A stretch of DNA of 64,000 nucleotides from the NCBI GenBank assembly GCA_937766455.1, contig CALLXD010000010.1:8298-72297 (forward strand), written 5' to 3'. This document shows positions 1-9,674 of this stretch, piece after piece (within the stretch, counting starts at the first letter, position 1; the number at the start of each line of letters is the position of its first letter). The notes under the pieces were generated by a model. The model ran no database searches. It saw nothing but the letters and a program-made list of their open reading frames with translations, and was not told the DNA's origin. This DNA comes from Vicinamibacterales bacterium (GTDB lineage: Bacteria; Acidobacteriota; Vicinamibacteria; Vicinamibacterales; UBA8438). Both the position numbers and the translations under genes were made by a program.

Positions 1-1
1 C

Positions 2-346
2 GCGCGGGTGTTTTTGAAGCCCGGCACTGGTGAGATCGAATTGCGAGGGTCCACCCTCGAGAAGCGGTTCCCGTCAGCGTCGCTGCGGACACGCATCACA
101 GAGCCGCTGCAGGTGGCGGAAGCGGCCGACAAGATTGACGTGCTCGCTACCGCGAAAGGCGGCGGCGTCACCGGTCAGGCCGACGCCTTGCGCCTCGGTA
201 TTGCCCGGGCGCTGTTGCAATTCGACCCGGAGCTGCGCCCGGTGCTGAAGAAGGCAGGCATGCTGACTCGGGACGCCCGGATCAAAGAACGGAAGAAATA
301 CGGATTGGCCGGCGCCCGCAAGAAGTTCCAGTTCAGCAAGCGCTAG
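2..346 (+). CDS. rpsI: 30S ribosomal protein S9 (uS9), 5' end cut by window edge
   Basis: The frame is open to the window edge. The C-terminus LTRDARIKERKKYGLAGARKKFQFSKR* is the typical uS9 end, and the gene is followed by rpsB. Confidence 0.9.
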   Translation, partial: ARVFLKPGTGEIELRGSTLEKRFPSASLRTRITEPLQVAEAADKIDVLATAKGGGVTGQADALRLGIARALLQFDPELRPVLKKAGMLTRDARIKERKKYGLAGARKKFQFSKR

Positions 347-400
347 CGAGATTTGCCTGGCCGCCACGGCGGTTGGCACCCCAGAGGGGATGGAGGAAGC

Positions 401-1189
401 TTGACGTCGATCGCGATCACAGATTTGCTCGAGGCCGGAGTGCACTTCGGGCACCAGACCAAACGCTGGAACCCGAAGATGAAGCCATACATCTTTGGTG
501 CCCGCAACGGCATCTACATCATCGACCTTGGGAAGACAGCCCAGCTGTTCGACGAGGCCGAGGCGTTTGTGCGCGACTTGGCGGCCAATGGCAAGACAGT
601 GCTGTTTGTCGGGACCAAGCGGCAGGCGCAGGATCTGGTTCTCGAAGAAGCACAGCGGTGCGGAATGTACTTCGTCAACCAGCGCTGGTTGGGGGGACTT
701 CTGACCAATTTTCTCACCATCCAGAAGAGCATCGCACGGCTCCGGGATGTGGAAGCCATGGCTGAGGACGGCCGCTACAAGACCTTCTCGAAGAAGGAAA
801 TCGCGCGAATAGAGAAGGAAAAGCGCAAGCTGCACAAGAACCTCGACGGCATCCGGCACATGAAGAAGCTGCCTGACGCCATGTTCGTGGTCGACACCCG
901 TCGCGAGAAGATTGCGGTGGACGAAGCCAGGAAGCTGAAGATTCCGGTAATCGGCATCGTCGACACCAATTGCGATCCAGACGATGTGGACTATTTGATC
1001 CCTGGCAACGACGACGCCCTGCGGTCGATTCGGCTCTTCCTCTCGCGAATCGCCGACGCGGCGATTGCGGGACGTGGCCTCCGCGAGAAGGCCATGGAAG
1101 CACCTCCCGAGGACCAGGCGCCTCCAACACCCCAAGCGCCTCCGGCGCCGCCGGCCACTGAACCGGCCGCGTCTCCGGCCTCGGCCTGA
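401..1189 (+). CDS. rpsB: 30S ribosomal protein S2 (uS2)
   Basis: [33 protein letters not shown] is the uS2 signature. TTG at 401 is preceded by GGAGGA (392-397) and is preferred over the track start at 353. The C-tail is Pro/Ala-rich. Confidence 0.92.
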   Translation: MTSIAITDLLEAGVHFGHQTKRWNPKMKPYIFGARNGIYIIDLGKTAQLFDEAEAFVRDLAANGKTVLFVGTKRQAQDLVLEEAQRCGMYFVNQRWLGGLLTNFLTIQKSIARLRDVEAMAEDGRYKTFSKKEIARIEKEKRKLHKNLDGIRHMKKLPDAMFVVDTRREKIAVDEARKLKIPVIGIVDTNCDPDDVDYLIPGNDDALRSIRLFLSRIADAAIAGRGLREKAMEAPPEDQAPPTPQAPPAPPATEPAASPASA

Positions 1190-1210
1190 TTACTCGTCGC
1201 GAGGAGACCG

Positions 1211-1232
1211 GCGCCGGCTTGAATGCCGGCGC
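1211..1232 (+). promoter_or_regulatory. GC hairpin between rpsB and tsf (possible attenuator)
   Basis: gcgccggc-ttgaat-gccggcgc forms a perfect 8-bp stem. Only a weak T stretch follows, so it is not a clear intrinsic terminator. Confidence 0.3.
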
Positions 1233-1305
1233 TTGTCGCGTACGCGGCACTATCGACGTGCACAAAGCACTCCGCGCGGTGCGCCGCGCCAAGGACGACT
1301 AGACG

Positions 1306-1908
1306 ATGGCTATCTCCGCCGTATTGGTGAAAGAGCTCCGGGACAAGACCGGGGTCGGGTTCATGGACTGCAAGTCGGCGTTGGCCGAGTCCGACGGCAA
1401 CGTCGAGAAGGCGATCGACATCCTCCGTACGCGTGGACAGGCCAAGGCGGAAAAGCGCGCGGGGCGGAGCACAGGCCAGGGCCTCGTCGGCAGCTACATT
1501 CACACGGGCGCGCAAGTCGGCGTCCTCGTGGAAATGGGTTGCGAATCAGACTTCGTCGCCCGGACTGACGAGTTCCAGGCACTCGTGCGCGAAGTCGGTA
1601 TGCACATCGCCGCCGCAAATCCCACCTACGGCACGCGCGCTGAGGTGCCTGACGCTGACGTCGAGCGCGAGAAAGCCATCTTTCGCGGCCAGTTCGAGGG
1701 CTCAAACAAGCCAGCCGAGGTCATCGAAAAAATCGTCGAGGGCAAACTGAATAGTTACTACCAACAGGTCGTGCTGCTTGACCAGGCGTCCATCCGCGAC
1801 CCCAAGACGTCCATCGGTGACCTCGTGACGGCGGCAATTGCGAAGATGGGCGAGAACATCACCATCGCGCGTTTCGCGCGTTTCAAGATCGGCGAATCGC
1901 CTGACTGA
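1306..1908 (+). CDS. tsf: Translation elongation factor Ts (short form)
   Basis: [26 protein letters not shown] matches the EF-Ts N-domain. The position after rpsB is classical. Confidence 0.92.
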   Translation: MAISAVLVKELRDKTGVGFMDCKSALAESDGNVEKAIDILRTRGQAKAEKRAGRSTGQGLVGSYIHTGAQVGVLVEMGCESDFVARTDEFQALVREVGMHIAAANPTYGTRAEVPDADVEREKAIFRGQFEGSNKPAEVIEKIVEGKLNSYYQQVVLLDQASIRDPKTSIGDLVTAAIAKMGENITIARFARFKIGESPD

Positions 1909-2629
1909 GCCGCTGCCTGAGCCGGCGTATGGACGAGTCCTTCTCAAGCTCTCGGGGGAGGCGCTCATGGGGAGCCGATCCTACGGGATCGATCCCGTCG
2001 TGGCCGACCAGATTGCGAGCGAAGTCGCGGAAGTGAGCCGGCTCGGTATCGAGCTGGCGGTCGTCATCGGCGGTGGCAACATCTTTCGGGGGCTCGCCGC
2101 GAGTGCCAAAGGCATGGATCGGGCCACCGCGGACAACATGGGGATGCTGGCCACGGTCATGAACTCCCTGGCCCTGTCTGACGCGCTGGAACGACACGGC
2201 AACGATACCCGCGTCCTCACGGCGATCGAGATGCGGACAGTCGCCGAGCCCTTCATCAGGCGCCGCGCCCTGCGTCATCTGAAGAAGGGGCGCGTCGTCC
2301 TGTTCGCGGCCGGCACCGGAAACCCGTACTTCACGACGGACACGGCGGCGGCGCTCCGCGCGATGGAGATCCGTGCCGACGTCATCATGAAAGCCACGAA
2401 GGTCGACGGTATCTTCACGTCCGACCCAGTGACGGACCCGACCGCTACCCGGATCGACCGTTTGACACATCTGGAAGTCCTCGAACAACAGCTGCGGGTC
2501 ATGGACGCCACGGCTATCTCGCTCTGCATGGACAACAAGCTGCCGATTCTCGTCTTCAATCTACTCACACCCGGCAACATACGCCGCGCCGTGATGGGAG
2601 AACCGGTCGGGTCGGTGGTCACGGCGTAG
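1838..2629 (+). CDS. pyrH: UMP kinase
   Basis: Motifs [19 protein letters not shown] and [15 protein letters not shown]. The start is uncertain: TTG 1838 overlaps tsf by 71 nt, whereas CTG 1901 would give the usual N-terminal length. Confidence 0.88.
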   Translation: MRRWARTSPSRVSRVSRSANRLTEPLPEPAYGRVLLKLSGEALMGSRSYGIDPVVADQIASEVAEVSRLGIELAVVIGGGNIFRGLAASAKGMDRATADNMGMLATVMNSLALSDALERHGNDTRVLTAIEMRTVAEPFIRRRALRHLKKGRVVLFAAGTGNPYFTTDTAAALRAMEIRADVIMKATKVDGIFTSDPVTDPTATRIDRLTHLEVLEQQLRVMDATAISLCMDNKLPILVFNLLTPGNIRRAVMGEPVGSVVTA

Positions 2630-2674
2630 GGGCGATGTCCGACCGCCGCAACACAGGAGGGTGGGTAACCCAAT

Positions 2675-3244
2675 ATGAGCATCACGGATAGCCCAAGCGC
2701 GGCGGCCGAAGCCCGCGCGACCATGGCCGACCAAGTCGAGCACGTGCGGCACGAATTGGCCGGTGTCCGCACCGGCCGGGCCTCGATCGGCATTTTGGAT
2801 TCGGTGCGGGTGGATGCCTACGGCTCCCACATGCCGTTGAATCAGGTGGCCTCCCTCTCGATCCCTGAATCAACGCTCCTCGTGGCCAACCCGTTCGACC
2901 CCAGCCACATCGGCGCGATCGAGCGCGGCATACAGGCGGCCAACCTCGGCCTGAACCCAACCAACGACGGCAAAGTGGTGCGGATTCCAGTGCCGCCCCT
3001 GACCGACGACCGCCGCAAAGAACTGTCTCGGATCGTCCACCAGTTGACAGAAGACGGGCGAAACAGCATCCGTGGCACACGCCGCCAGGTGAACGACGCA
3101 CTCAAGAAACTGCTCAAGGGCAAAGAGATTTCCGAGGATGACGAGCGCCGCGGGCTCGACGACATCCAAAAAATCACCGACGCCCATATCACCCAGCTCG
3201 ACGACTTGCAGAAGGCCAAGGATTCCGAGCTGCTCGACCACTAG
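2675..3244 (+). CDS. frr: Ribosome recycling factor
   Basis: 189 aa with RTGRASIGILDSVRVDAYG...LNPTNDGKVVRIPVPPLTDDRRKEL. GGAGGG lies upstream of the ATG, and the position after pyrH is canonical. Confidence 0.92.
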   Translation: MSITDSPSAAAEARATMADQVEHVRHELAGVRTGRASIGILDSVRVDAYGSHMPLNQVASLSIPESTLLVANPFDPSHIGAIERGIQAANLGLNPTNDGKVVRIPVPPLTDDRRKELSRIVHQLTEDGRNSIRGTRRQVNDALKKLLKGKEISEDDERRGLDDIQKITDAHITQLDDLQKAKDSELLDH

Positions 3245-3264
3245 CGGCCGCCTGATTCCTTGCA

Positions 3265-4440
3265 GTGTCTCTGACATTTCACTTGGAGTGCTCGGTGCCT
3301 TGCGGCGCCGGACCGTTCGATGCCAGCGAGATCCACCACCTCTGCGTCTGTGGTCGGCCACTGCTGGCCATGTATGACTGGGAGCGCATCGGCGCGACCT
3401 GGTCCCGGGACTCGCTCCCCGGCGGGGCTCGCTCCATGTGGCGGTATGCGCCCGCGCTGCCGCTGGACGACGGCGCCACGCCGGTCACGCTGGGCGAAGG
3501 CTGGACTCCACTCTTCCCGGCGACTCGTCTGGGCGCAGAACTGGGTCTGCGACGTCTGTTCATCAAAGACGAAGCCCTGAACCCGACCAACTCGTTCAAA
3601 GCCCGAGGCATGTCCGCCGCCGTCACGCGCGCCCACGCGCTGGGCGCGACTACGTTGTCGGTGCCATCGGCTGGCAACGCGGCGTGCGCGATGGCCGCCT
3701 ACGCGGCAAAGGCCGGCCTGTCCGCGCGGGTCTTCATGCCCCGCGACGTCAAGACCCCGTTTATCCGTGAGTGCGAACTCCACGGCGCCGACGTGACTTT
3801 GGTCGACGGATTGATCACGGACGCCGGACGGATTGCCGCCGAACAGGGACGACCGCTGGGCTGGTACGACGTCTCGACGCTGAAAGAGCCGTTCCGCGTC
3901 GAGGGCAAGAAGACCATGGGGTATGAGATCGCGGAACAGCTCGACTGGAGCTGGCCAGAGTGGATCATCTACCCCACCGGCGGCGGCACCGGGATCGTGG
4001 GTATCTGGAAAGCGTGTGAGGAACTCGAGCGACTGGGATGGGTGACCGGCCCTCGGCCCCGCCTGGTGTCGGTCCAGGCTGAGGGATGCGCGCCCATCGT
4101 CCGTGCCTTCGAGCGTGGCGCCGAAACCGCCGAACCGTGGGTCGGCGCCACCACCGTCGCGGACGGTCTGCGGGTGCCCGCGGCCGTCGGCGACATGCTG
4201 GTCCTGCGGGCCCTGCGTGAGAGTGGCGGGAGCGCCCTGGCCGTCTCGGACACCGACATGGTCCGGGATATGCGTGCGCTCGGCAATCTGGAAGGCATCG
4301 GCGCCGCGCCCGAGGGCGGCGCGACCCTCGCCGCACTCCGCCGCCTGGTGGCCGACGGCACGATAGGGTCCGACGACCGCGTCGTGCTGCTCAACACGGG
4401 CGGCGCCCTCAAGTATCTCGACGTGCTCAACCCCGCCTAG
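3265..4440 (+). CDS. Threonine-synthase-fold PLP enzyme with N-terminal Cys ribbon (ThrC paralogue, function uncertain)
   Basis: N-terminal CSVPCG..CVCG, PLP-lysine motif NPTNSFKARGMS and a GGGTG loop. A second, more canonical thrC lies at 10994-12325. Confidence 0.6.
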   Translation: MSLTFHLECSVPCGAGPFDASEIHHLCVCGRPLLAMYDWERIGATWSRDSLPGGARSMWRYAPALPLDDGATPVTLGEGWTPLFPATRLGAELGLRRLFIKDEALNPTNSFKARGMSAAVTRAHALGATTLSVPSAGNAACAMAAYAAKAGLSARVFMPRDVKTPFIRECELHGADVTLVDGLITDAGRIAAEQGRPLGWYDVSTLKEPFRVEGKKTMGYEIAEQLDWSWPEWIIYPTGGGTGIVGIWKACEELERLGWVTGPRPRLVSVQAEGCAPIVRAFERGAETAEPWVGATTVADGLRVPAAVGDMLVLRALRESGGSALAVSDTDMVRDMRALGNLEGIGAAPEGGATLAALRRLVADGTIGSDDRVVLLNTGGALKYLDVLNPA

Positions 4441-5540
4441 CAGTTCACGAGTCCAGCCGCCTTGTCTTGACCGGCATCTCCGAACGAGATACCCAGCGCC
4501 CGCGCTGTGCGCACGAGATCCAGATCCGTTGGCACGAGTCTGGTCCGACCAACGACATCGTCCAGTGGAACCGAGATGATGTCCGGAGGCCGGTTCGCCA
4601 CCATCCGGCCAAACTCACCATCGAGAATCAATTCCACCGCCTTGCCGCCGAATCTCGTGGCGAGAACCCGGTCAAAGCTCGTCGGCTCGCCACCGCGCTG
4701 CAGGTGTCCAAGCCGTACCGACCGCGCCTCCTGACCGGTGAGGTCCTCCAACGCCGCGGCAACCTGAGCTCCTACTCCCCCGAGTCTGGCCAGCCGCCCC
4801 TCGTGCCCGGGCGTGACAACGGACGGCGACCCGTCCGTCGGGGCCGCCCCCTCGGCCACCACCACAATGCTGGACCGGGCGCCCAGCCGCTCGCGCTCGG
4901 CGATGTGTTCTGCGACTCGTCTGAGGTCGTACGGAATCTCCGGAATCAGAATCGCGTCGCCGCCGCCGGCGACACCGGCGTACAACGCAATCCAACCGGC
5001 ATTGCGTCCCATCACCTCGACCACCATGACCCGCCGGTGTGCCTCTGCGGTGGAGTGCAGACGGTCGATCGCGAGGGTCGCAAAGCCAACCGCCGTATCG
5101 AACCCGAACGTGCTGTTCGTGCCAGGCAGGTCGTTATCTATCGTCTTCGGAACGACGACCAGCGGCATCCCGCGCAGGGAGAACTTGTGCGCAATGGCCA
5201 AGGTTCCATCGCCTCCGATCGCGACCAGCGCACCGAGACCCAGGTCGTGAAATCGTTCAAGACATCGAGTCGGGTAATCGTGACCGTCGTCTCCATGCGC
5301 AAAAGGATCGCCTCGGTTGGTCGTACCCAAGATGGTGCCCCCACGCCTCAGGATGCCCGTCACATCTTGCGGCCGGAGCACGCGAACTCGGTCCGGAGAC
5401 AGCAGTCCATCGAAGCTGTCTTCGAGTCCGAGACACTCAATGCCGTGATTGCACGCGGATTTGACGACCGCGCGGATCACGGCATTCAGACCCGGGGCAT
5501 CCCCGCCGCCGGTCAGCACCCCAATACGTGAAAGCGACAC
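4437..5540 (-). CDS. pfk: 6-phosphofructokinase (family A; phosphoryl donor ambiguous)
   Basis: IGVLTGGGDAPGLNAVIRAVV, IGGDGT and PKTIDND. GTG start with GGAG 5 nt upstream. Confidence 0.87.
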   Translation of the reverse strand: MSLSRIGVLTGGGDAPGLNAVIRAVVKSACNHGIECLGLEDSFDGLLSPDRVRVLRPQDVTGILRRGGTILGTTNRGDPFAHGDDGHDYPTRCLERFHDLGLGALVAIGGDGTLAIAHKFSLRGMPLVVVPKTIDNDLPGTNSTFGFDTAVGFATLAIDRLHSTAEAHRRVMVVEVMGRNAGWIALYAGVAGGGDAILIPEIPYDLRRVAEHIAERERLGARSSIVVVAEGAAPTDGSPSVVTPGHEGRLARLGGVGAQVAAALEDLTGQEARSVRLGHLQRGGEPTSFDRVLATRFGGKAVELILDGEFGRMVANRPPDIISVPLDDVVGRTRLVPTDLDLVRTARALGISFGDAGQDKAAGLVNC

Positions 5541-5664
5541 ATAGACTCCAGTCCTGCGCGCGGGTCAGAGGACCCAAGACCCAACCGCGCGTCATGATCG
5601 ATCCTGTGCAGATCCTACCGTCTGAATCGTGCTTCCAGCGCTGGTCCCCCCGTTGACGCCCAAT

Positions 5665-5694
5665 TTGCGATGTATCGGACCACCCGTGTACAAT
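5665..5694 (+). promoter_or_regulatory. Candidate sigma70-type promoter for tRNA-Ala
   Basis: TTGCGA (5665-5670), an 18-nt spacer, then TACAAT (5689-5694), about 50 nt upstream of the tRNA. Pattern match only. Confidence 0.3.
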
Positions 5695-5745
5695 CACGGT
5701 TTGCATGACACGCCGCCAAGCGGCCAGTGTCACGCCACCCGACAG

Positions 5746-5821
<76 letters not shown>

Positions 5822-5916
5822 ATATCTTGTCCACCCGGACGCCCGGCGTCCGTCAAGACCATCTTGCGCGGTGGCCGATTGACCGGCACGCGTGTGCGAT
5901 TTCCTCTAGGGCCCAC

Positions 5917-6861
5917 ATGACTTATACACCTCTCCGCGTGCTCGCTGCCGCCACCATGGCCGGCTCCCTCTCCCTCGGGTGTGCGGCCCCCAGCGACGAC
6001 ACGGAAGCGCCGCCGCCGCCCGTGGAAGCCGTCGCGACCGCAGCCGAGGCTGCCGCCGCGGTCTGGATGGTGTCGGAAGGGATGCACGCGCCGGAGAGCG
6101 CGTTTCTGGACGAAGAGTCCGACGCCTTGTTCGTCTCGCTGATCGACGGAGATCCTGGCGACCGGGACGGAACCGGACACATCGCGCGGCTCACGCGAGA
6201 CGGGGAGGTCATAGACGCCACCTGGGTCACCGGGCTCAATGCGCCGAAGGGACTACGCGCACACGAGGGCACCCTGTGGGTGGCGGACCTGGACGAGGTC
6301 ATCGCCATTGACATCGAGAGTGCCGAGATCACGTCCAGGCTCACGGTGGAGGGTGCCGTCTTTCTCAACGACGTGGCCACCGGCCCAGACGGCACCGTCT
6401 ACGTATCAGATACCAATGGTTATCGCATCTTCGCGATCAAGGACGGTAGCGCTTCGGTGTTCGCCGAAGGGGAGGTCGTCGAGTCGCCAAACGGGCTACT
6501 GGTGGACGGCGGTCGTCTCCTGGTCGGGTCGATGCAACAGGGGGCCGACCCGGAGAGCGCGCCCGGGCGACTGTTTGCGCTCGACCTGACGACCGGCGAG
6601 AAGACCATCCTGTCGTCCGAACCGGTCGGCACGATCGACGGCATCGAGCTCGACGGTCGCGGCGGCTACATCCTGACCAACGTGCTCGAAGGCCAACTCG
6701 TCCACGTGGCGTCATCTGGCGACGTACGGGTCCTCTTGGACTTCGGCGACGACGTGGCTGCCGACCACGCGTACGACCGTGAACACGAGCGCGTGATCGT
6801 GCCGCATCTGTTTCAGAACAAGGTCGGTGCGTACGACGTGTCTGGCATGTTGGACGAGTAG
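5917..6861 (+). CDS. Lipoprotein, beta-propeller-like (SGL/NHL-like repeats)
   Basis: Start moved to ATG 5917 because the track ORF start overlaps the tRNA. Signal plus lipobox ...GSLSLGC, and repeated motifs such as GPDGTVYVSDTNGYRIFAI. Confidence 0.45.
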   Translation: MTYTPLRVLAAATMAGSLSLGCAAPSDDTEAPPPPVEAVATAAEAAAAVWMVSEGMHAPESAFLDEESDALFVSLIDGDPGDRDGTGHIARLTRDGEVIDATWVTGLNAPKGLRAHEGTLWVADLDEVIAIDIESAEITSRLTVEGAVFLNDVATGPDGTVYVSDTNGYRIFAIKDGSASVFAEGEVVESPNGLLVDGGRLLVGSMQQGADPESAPGRLFALDLTTGEKTILSSEPVGTIDGIELDGRGGYILTNVLEGQLVHVASSGDVRVLLDFGDDVAADHAYDREHERVIVPHLFQNKVGAYDVSGMLDE

Positions 6862-6917
6862 GGACACGACCTGGTCCGACGCCGACGGGCGAACACGTGG
6901 GAGATCCGCGCCGGGCG

Positions 6918-7013
6918 TCACAGGACCTCCCCTACCAGCACCCGGCCTGCCCGGTAGTCCACGTCCAAGGCCCCCAGCCTTGAGGGTGAGCCGGTCACGG
7001 ACCTGATCGTCGT
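6918..7013 (-). pseudogene. 3'-terminal remnant of a paralogue of the 8025-9497 gene
   Basis: Encodes ...LDVDYRAGRVLVGEVL*, compared with ...LEVSYSAGRVLVGEVL* at 8025. 44 of 56 aligned nt are identical, including 6 nt past the stop. No matching upstream gene body is present. Confidence 0.4.
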
Positions 7014-7156
7014 CGGCCCAGTAGCAGACGCACGTGCGCCACCGATGGACCGACGTGCGTAGCGGGCGATGCGGTTCACGGCTCCCGCTGCTGCGATTTC
7101 ACACCCAGATTCCCGATCACTACGGCACAATAGCCGGCCAAGAAAGGAGAGTCAGG

Positions 7157-7997
7157 ATGAATCGGTTTCGATTGGCAGGGTTCCTTTTCGCGGTCTTGTG
7201 TCTACTGCCGACACCGAGGACCGCGGTCGCACAGAGCCAGGAGTACGGGGTGCAGTGTGTCCACGCTGACGTGTTCGAGATCCGATCAGATCGGGAGATC
7301 GATCAAGAGACCTGCGAGTGGATAGCGCACCGGGTCGAGAGGGCCTTCAGGTTCGTGATTGAACAGGAGTCGTGGCAGGACGAGGATCTGCTGTGGTCTA
7401 CGCCCCTGCAGGTGCGGGTGGTTGAGTCCATCGCATCCGGTGCGCTCGGATATGCGCAGGGTCCGAACTTGTTCGTCGTGGAATATGCCTATCTCGACGA
7501 CCCTCTGTCGGAGGGCACGCTGGCCCACGAACTGAGCCACATCCAGGACGCCCGCCAGTTGCAGGGTGCCACGCTGCCATCTTTCTTGCTGGAGGGGCGC
7601 GCTCACCAACGGCCACGAGTACCGGATGGCGATGGGACTGGAGCAGACCAGCTACGACCAACAGATGGCCGGGTCGGCCGCGGGCTTCACGGCCGCCGAT
7701 GCCGAGTCGCTCCTGGACAAGGTCCGCGATGCGGGGTGGGAGATGCAGGCCATGGGGACGTTCCTGGTCGAATACATGCGCGTGAGGTGGAACGGCACCG
7801 GGGTGCCGGACATCCATCCCAGGCTCTCTCGCATGATCGAAACCATGGCCGGCGGGGCGGACGTCGAAACAGCCTTCGAGTACGAGTTCGGCACACCAGC
7901 GACAGCGCTACTTGAAGAGTTTCAGCAGTTCCTCAACGAGACGCAGGCGGACCCTGACGAGCGCCTCCTTGGCATGATGTGGGACCAGGGGTTCTAG
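7157..7997 (+). pseudogene. Secreted HExxH metallopeptidase-like protein; frame broken at G-run 7594-7597
   Basis: AAAGGAGAG RBS with ATG 7157, signal peptide ...TAVAQ, and motif LAHELSHIQD. The sequence continues sensibly in the 7566 frame (..LLEG|ALTNGHEYRMAMG..). Confidence 0.5.
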
Positions 7998-8024
7998 CGC
8001 CGGCGATCAGGAGCCCAACGAGCG

Positions 8025-9497
8025 TCACAGGACCTCCCCGACCAGCACGCGGCCGGCGCTGTACGAGACCTCAAGGGTGTCGCCGGCCTGCATGGTAAAC
8101 GAGTGCGCCTCACCCGTGTCCGGGGTGATGATGGAGAACCGCACCGCGACCCGAGCGAGCAGTCGGGTGTAGCCGTCCTCGCCGTAGACGAGCGTGACGA
8201 ACCGACGGCCATCTTCCGTCAAGACCGAGTCCACCCTGTTTTGACCAGGGAACCCGTCGGCATCCGTCAGCGGGCTCTCGGAGCGTCCCCCGTGAAGCCG
8301 GACGGTGTAGGCCGACATCAGGTTCGGCGGCAGGTAACGGTGCACCCGCGGAACGGCGGCGAACCCTGGCATCTCGTCGATCGTCTCGCCAAGCCAGGCC
8401 CGCACGCCCGCTGAGGAATGAAACGTGAACGCAAACCCCCCTGTGAAGTTCGCCGCTGCCAGCAGCGCGATCGCCTCCGGGCCATCGAGTGAATTCCCGG
8501 AGGCCCCGGGCCCGACCGGTTCACTCTCGACCCCCACACGCTTGTCCGGGATGGGACCGTCGCCGGCATAGAAGACCCCGCGCGCATGCCGAACGGCCGA
8601 CGTGTGATCTTGCGGGTAGTCTCCCCGGTGGCCGTGTTTTTGGACGATGTCGCCGGCCCAGCGATTGAGCGCCCCCGTCCCCTCGCCACCGAAGGCGGCA
8701 GACCGAAGCGCGATCGTCGGCATGCCGTAGCCTTCGAGAAATGGCTGGATGACATAGCGGTTGACTTCGTCCGGCGACGGCGCAGGCCCGGTGACCCAGT
8801 TCTGCCATGCCTCGTTGACGTCCACGAACGCCACACGCGCACCGCTGACACGCAGCAGCTCGCCAACGCGCCTGGCCCACCGGGCGACCTGATCAGGACT
8901 CCCGTCGAAGACGTTGGCCAAGTCGCCAGAGGAGACGAACAGTTGCAACCCGGCTGCCGCAAAGTCTCGGCCCAGTCCAACCACCTGCTCCTCGTAGTCC
9001 GGCCAGCCGGGAATCCTGACGCCATCGGCCGTCGTGATGTCGTGGGGCGGGACTTCGTGGCCGGTCCAGTACGGGTCTCCGCCAACGGCAAAGAGCACGC
9101 GCGCGTACTGATACCCGGCCGCGGCGATCGACGCAACCTGGCGCTGATACTCCGCGGGAAAGAACTTCCGCTGCTCGAGCGCCCCGAAGTAGGTCAGCCC
9201 GACCGGCAAGACTTCGCCGAGGTCGTGCTCGAAATGCCCGCCCCGCGAGAGGACCTCCACCGCGCGCAACTCGCCGTCGAGCGGATTCGGGTGCGCGGTC
9301 GGCGGTTGTGTCGGCGACGTATTGTCCAGTTGCGCCTGGGGAACAGCGACGTGCCCGTCGTGCCGCGGTACCACCGCCGTCCCGCCATCGGCCGGCATCG
9401 TCCAGGCACGGTGCTGCGCGAACACTGGCGCGGTCACCAGGCCCAGCACGCACGCGAGACCGGTCAGTCGCGTGGTTCGTAACATCATGCTCATCAT
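8025..9497 (-). CDS. Secreted TIM-barrel glycoside-hydrolase-like protein (GH5-like NE motif)
   Basis: Signal peptide MMSMMLRTTRLTGLACVLGLVTAPVFAQ and motif VDVNEAWQNW. The family assignment is tentative. Confidence 0.4.
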   Translation of the reverse strand: MMSMMLRTTRLTGLACVLGLVTAPVFAQHRAWTMPADGGTAVVPRHDGHVAVPQAQLDNTSPTQPPTAHPNPLDGELRAVEVLSRGGHFEHDLGEVLPVGLTYFGALEQRKFFPAEYQRQVASIAAAGYQYARVLFAVGGDPYWTGHEVPPHDITTADGVRIPGWPDYEEQVVGLGRDFAAAGLQLFVSSGDLANVFDGSPDQVARWARRVGELLRVSGARVAFVDVNEAWQNWVTGPAPSPDEVNRYVIQPFLEGYGMPTIALRSAAFGGEGTGALNRWAGDIVQKHGHRGDYPQDHTSAVRHARGVFYAGDGPIPDKRVGVESEPVGPGASGNSLDGPEAIALLAAANFTGGFAFTFHSSAGVRAWLGETIDEMPGFAAVPRVHRYLPPNLMSAYTVRLHGGRSESPLTDADGFPGQNRVDSVLTEDGRRFVTLVYGEDGYTRLLARVAVRFSIITPDTGEAHSFTMQAGDTLEVSYSAGRVLVGEVL

Positions 9498-9674
9498 CCC
9501 TCTGGATACGTCTCGCGCCAACGCAAAAAAGCCGCCCACCAACGGCACCGATGCCCACCATCGGTAGACAGCCCTTCGCCGGTCGGCGTGGAAGCCAGGT
9601 GATAATGGGAATCCAGCCCTACGACCTCAGAGCGTCCGGCATGCGGGGCGAGGAGCCAGGAACAGGGATCTGTC

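Noticed and set aside
6918-7130. 70-aa minus-strand ORF considered as a real gene.
   Set aside because: Only the last ~30 codons resemble anything (the tail of the 8025 gene). The rest overlaps the promoter and RBS region of the HExxH gene. It is treated as a gene remnant.
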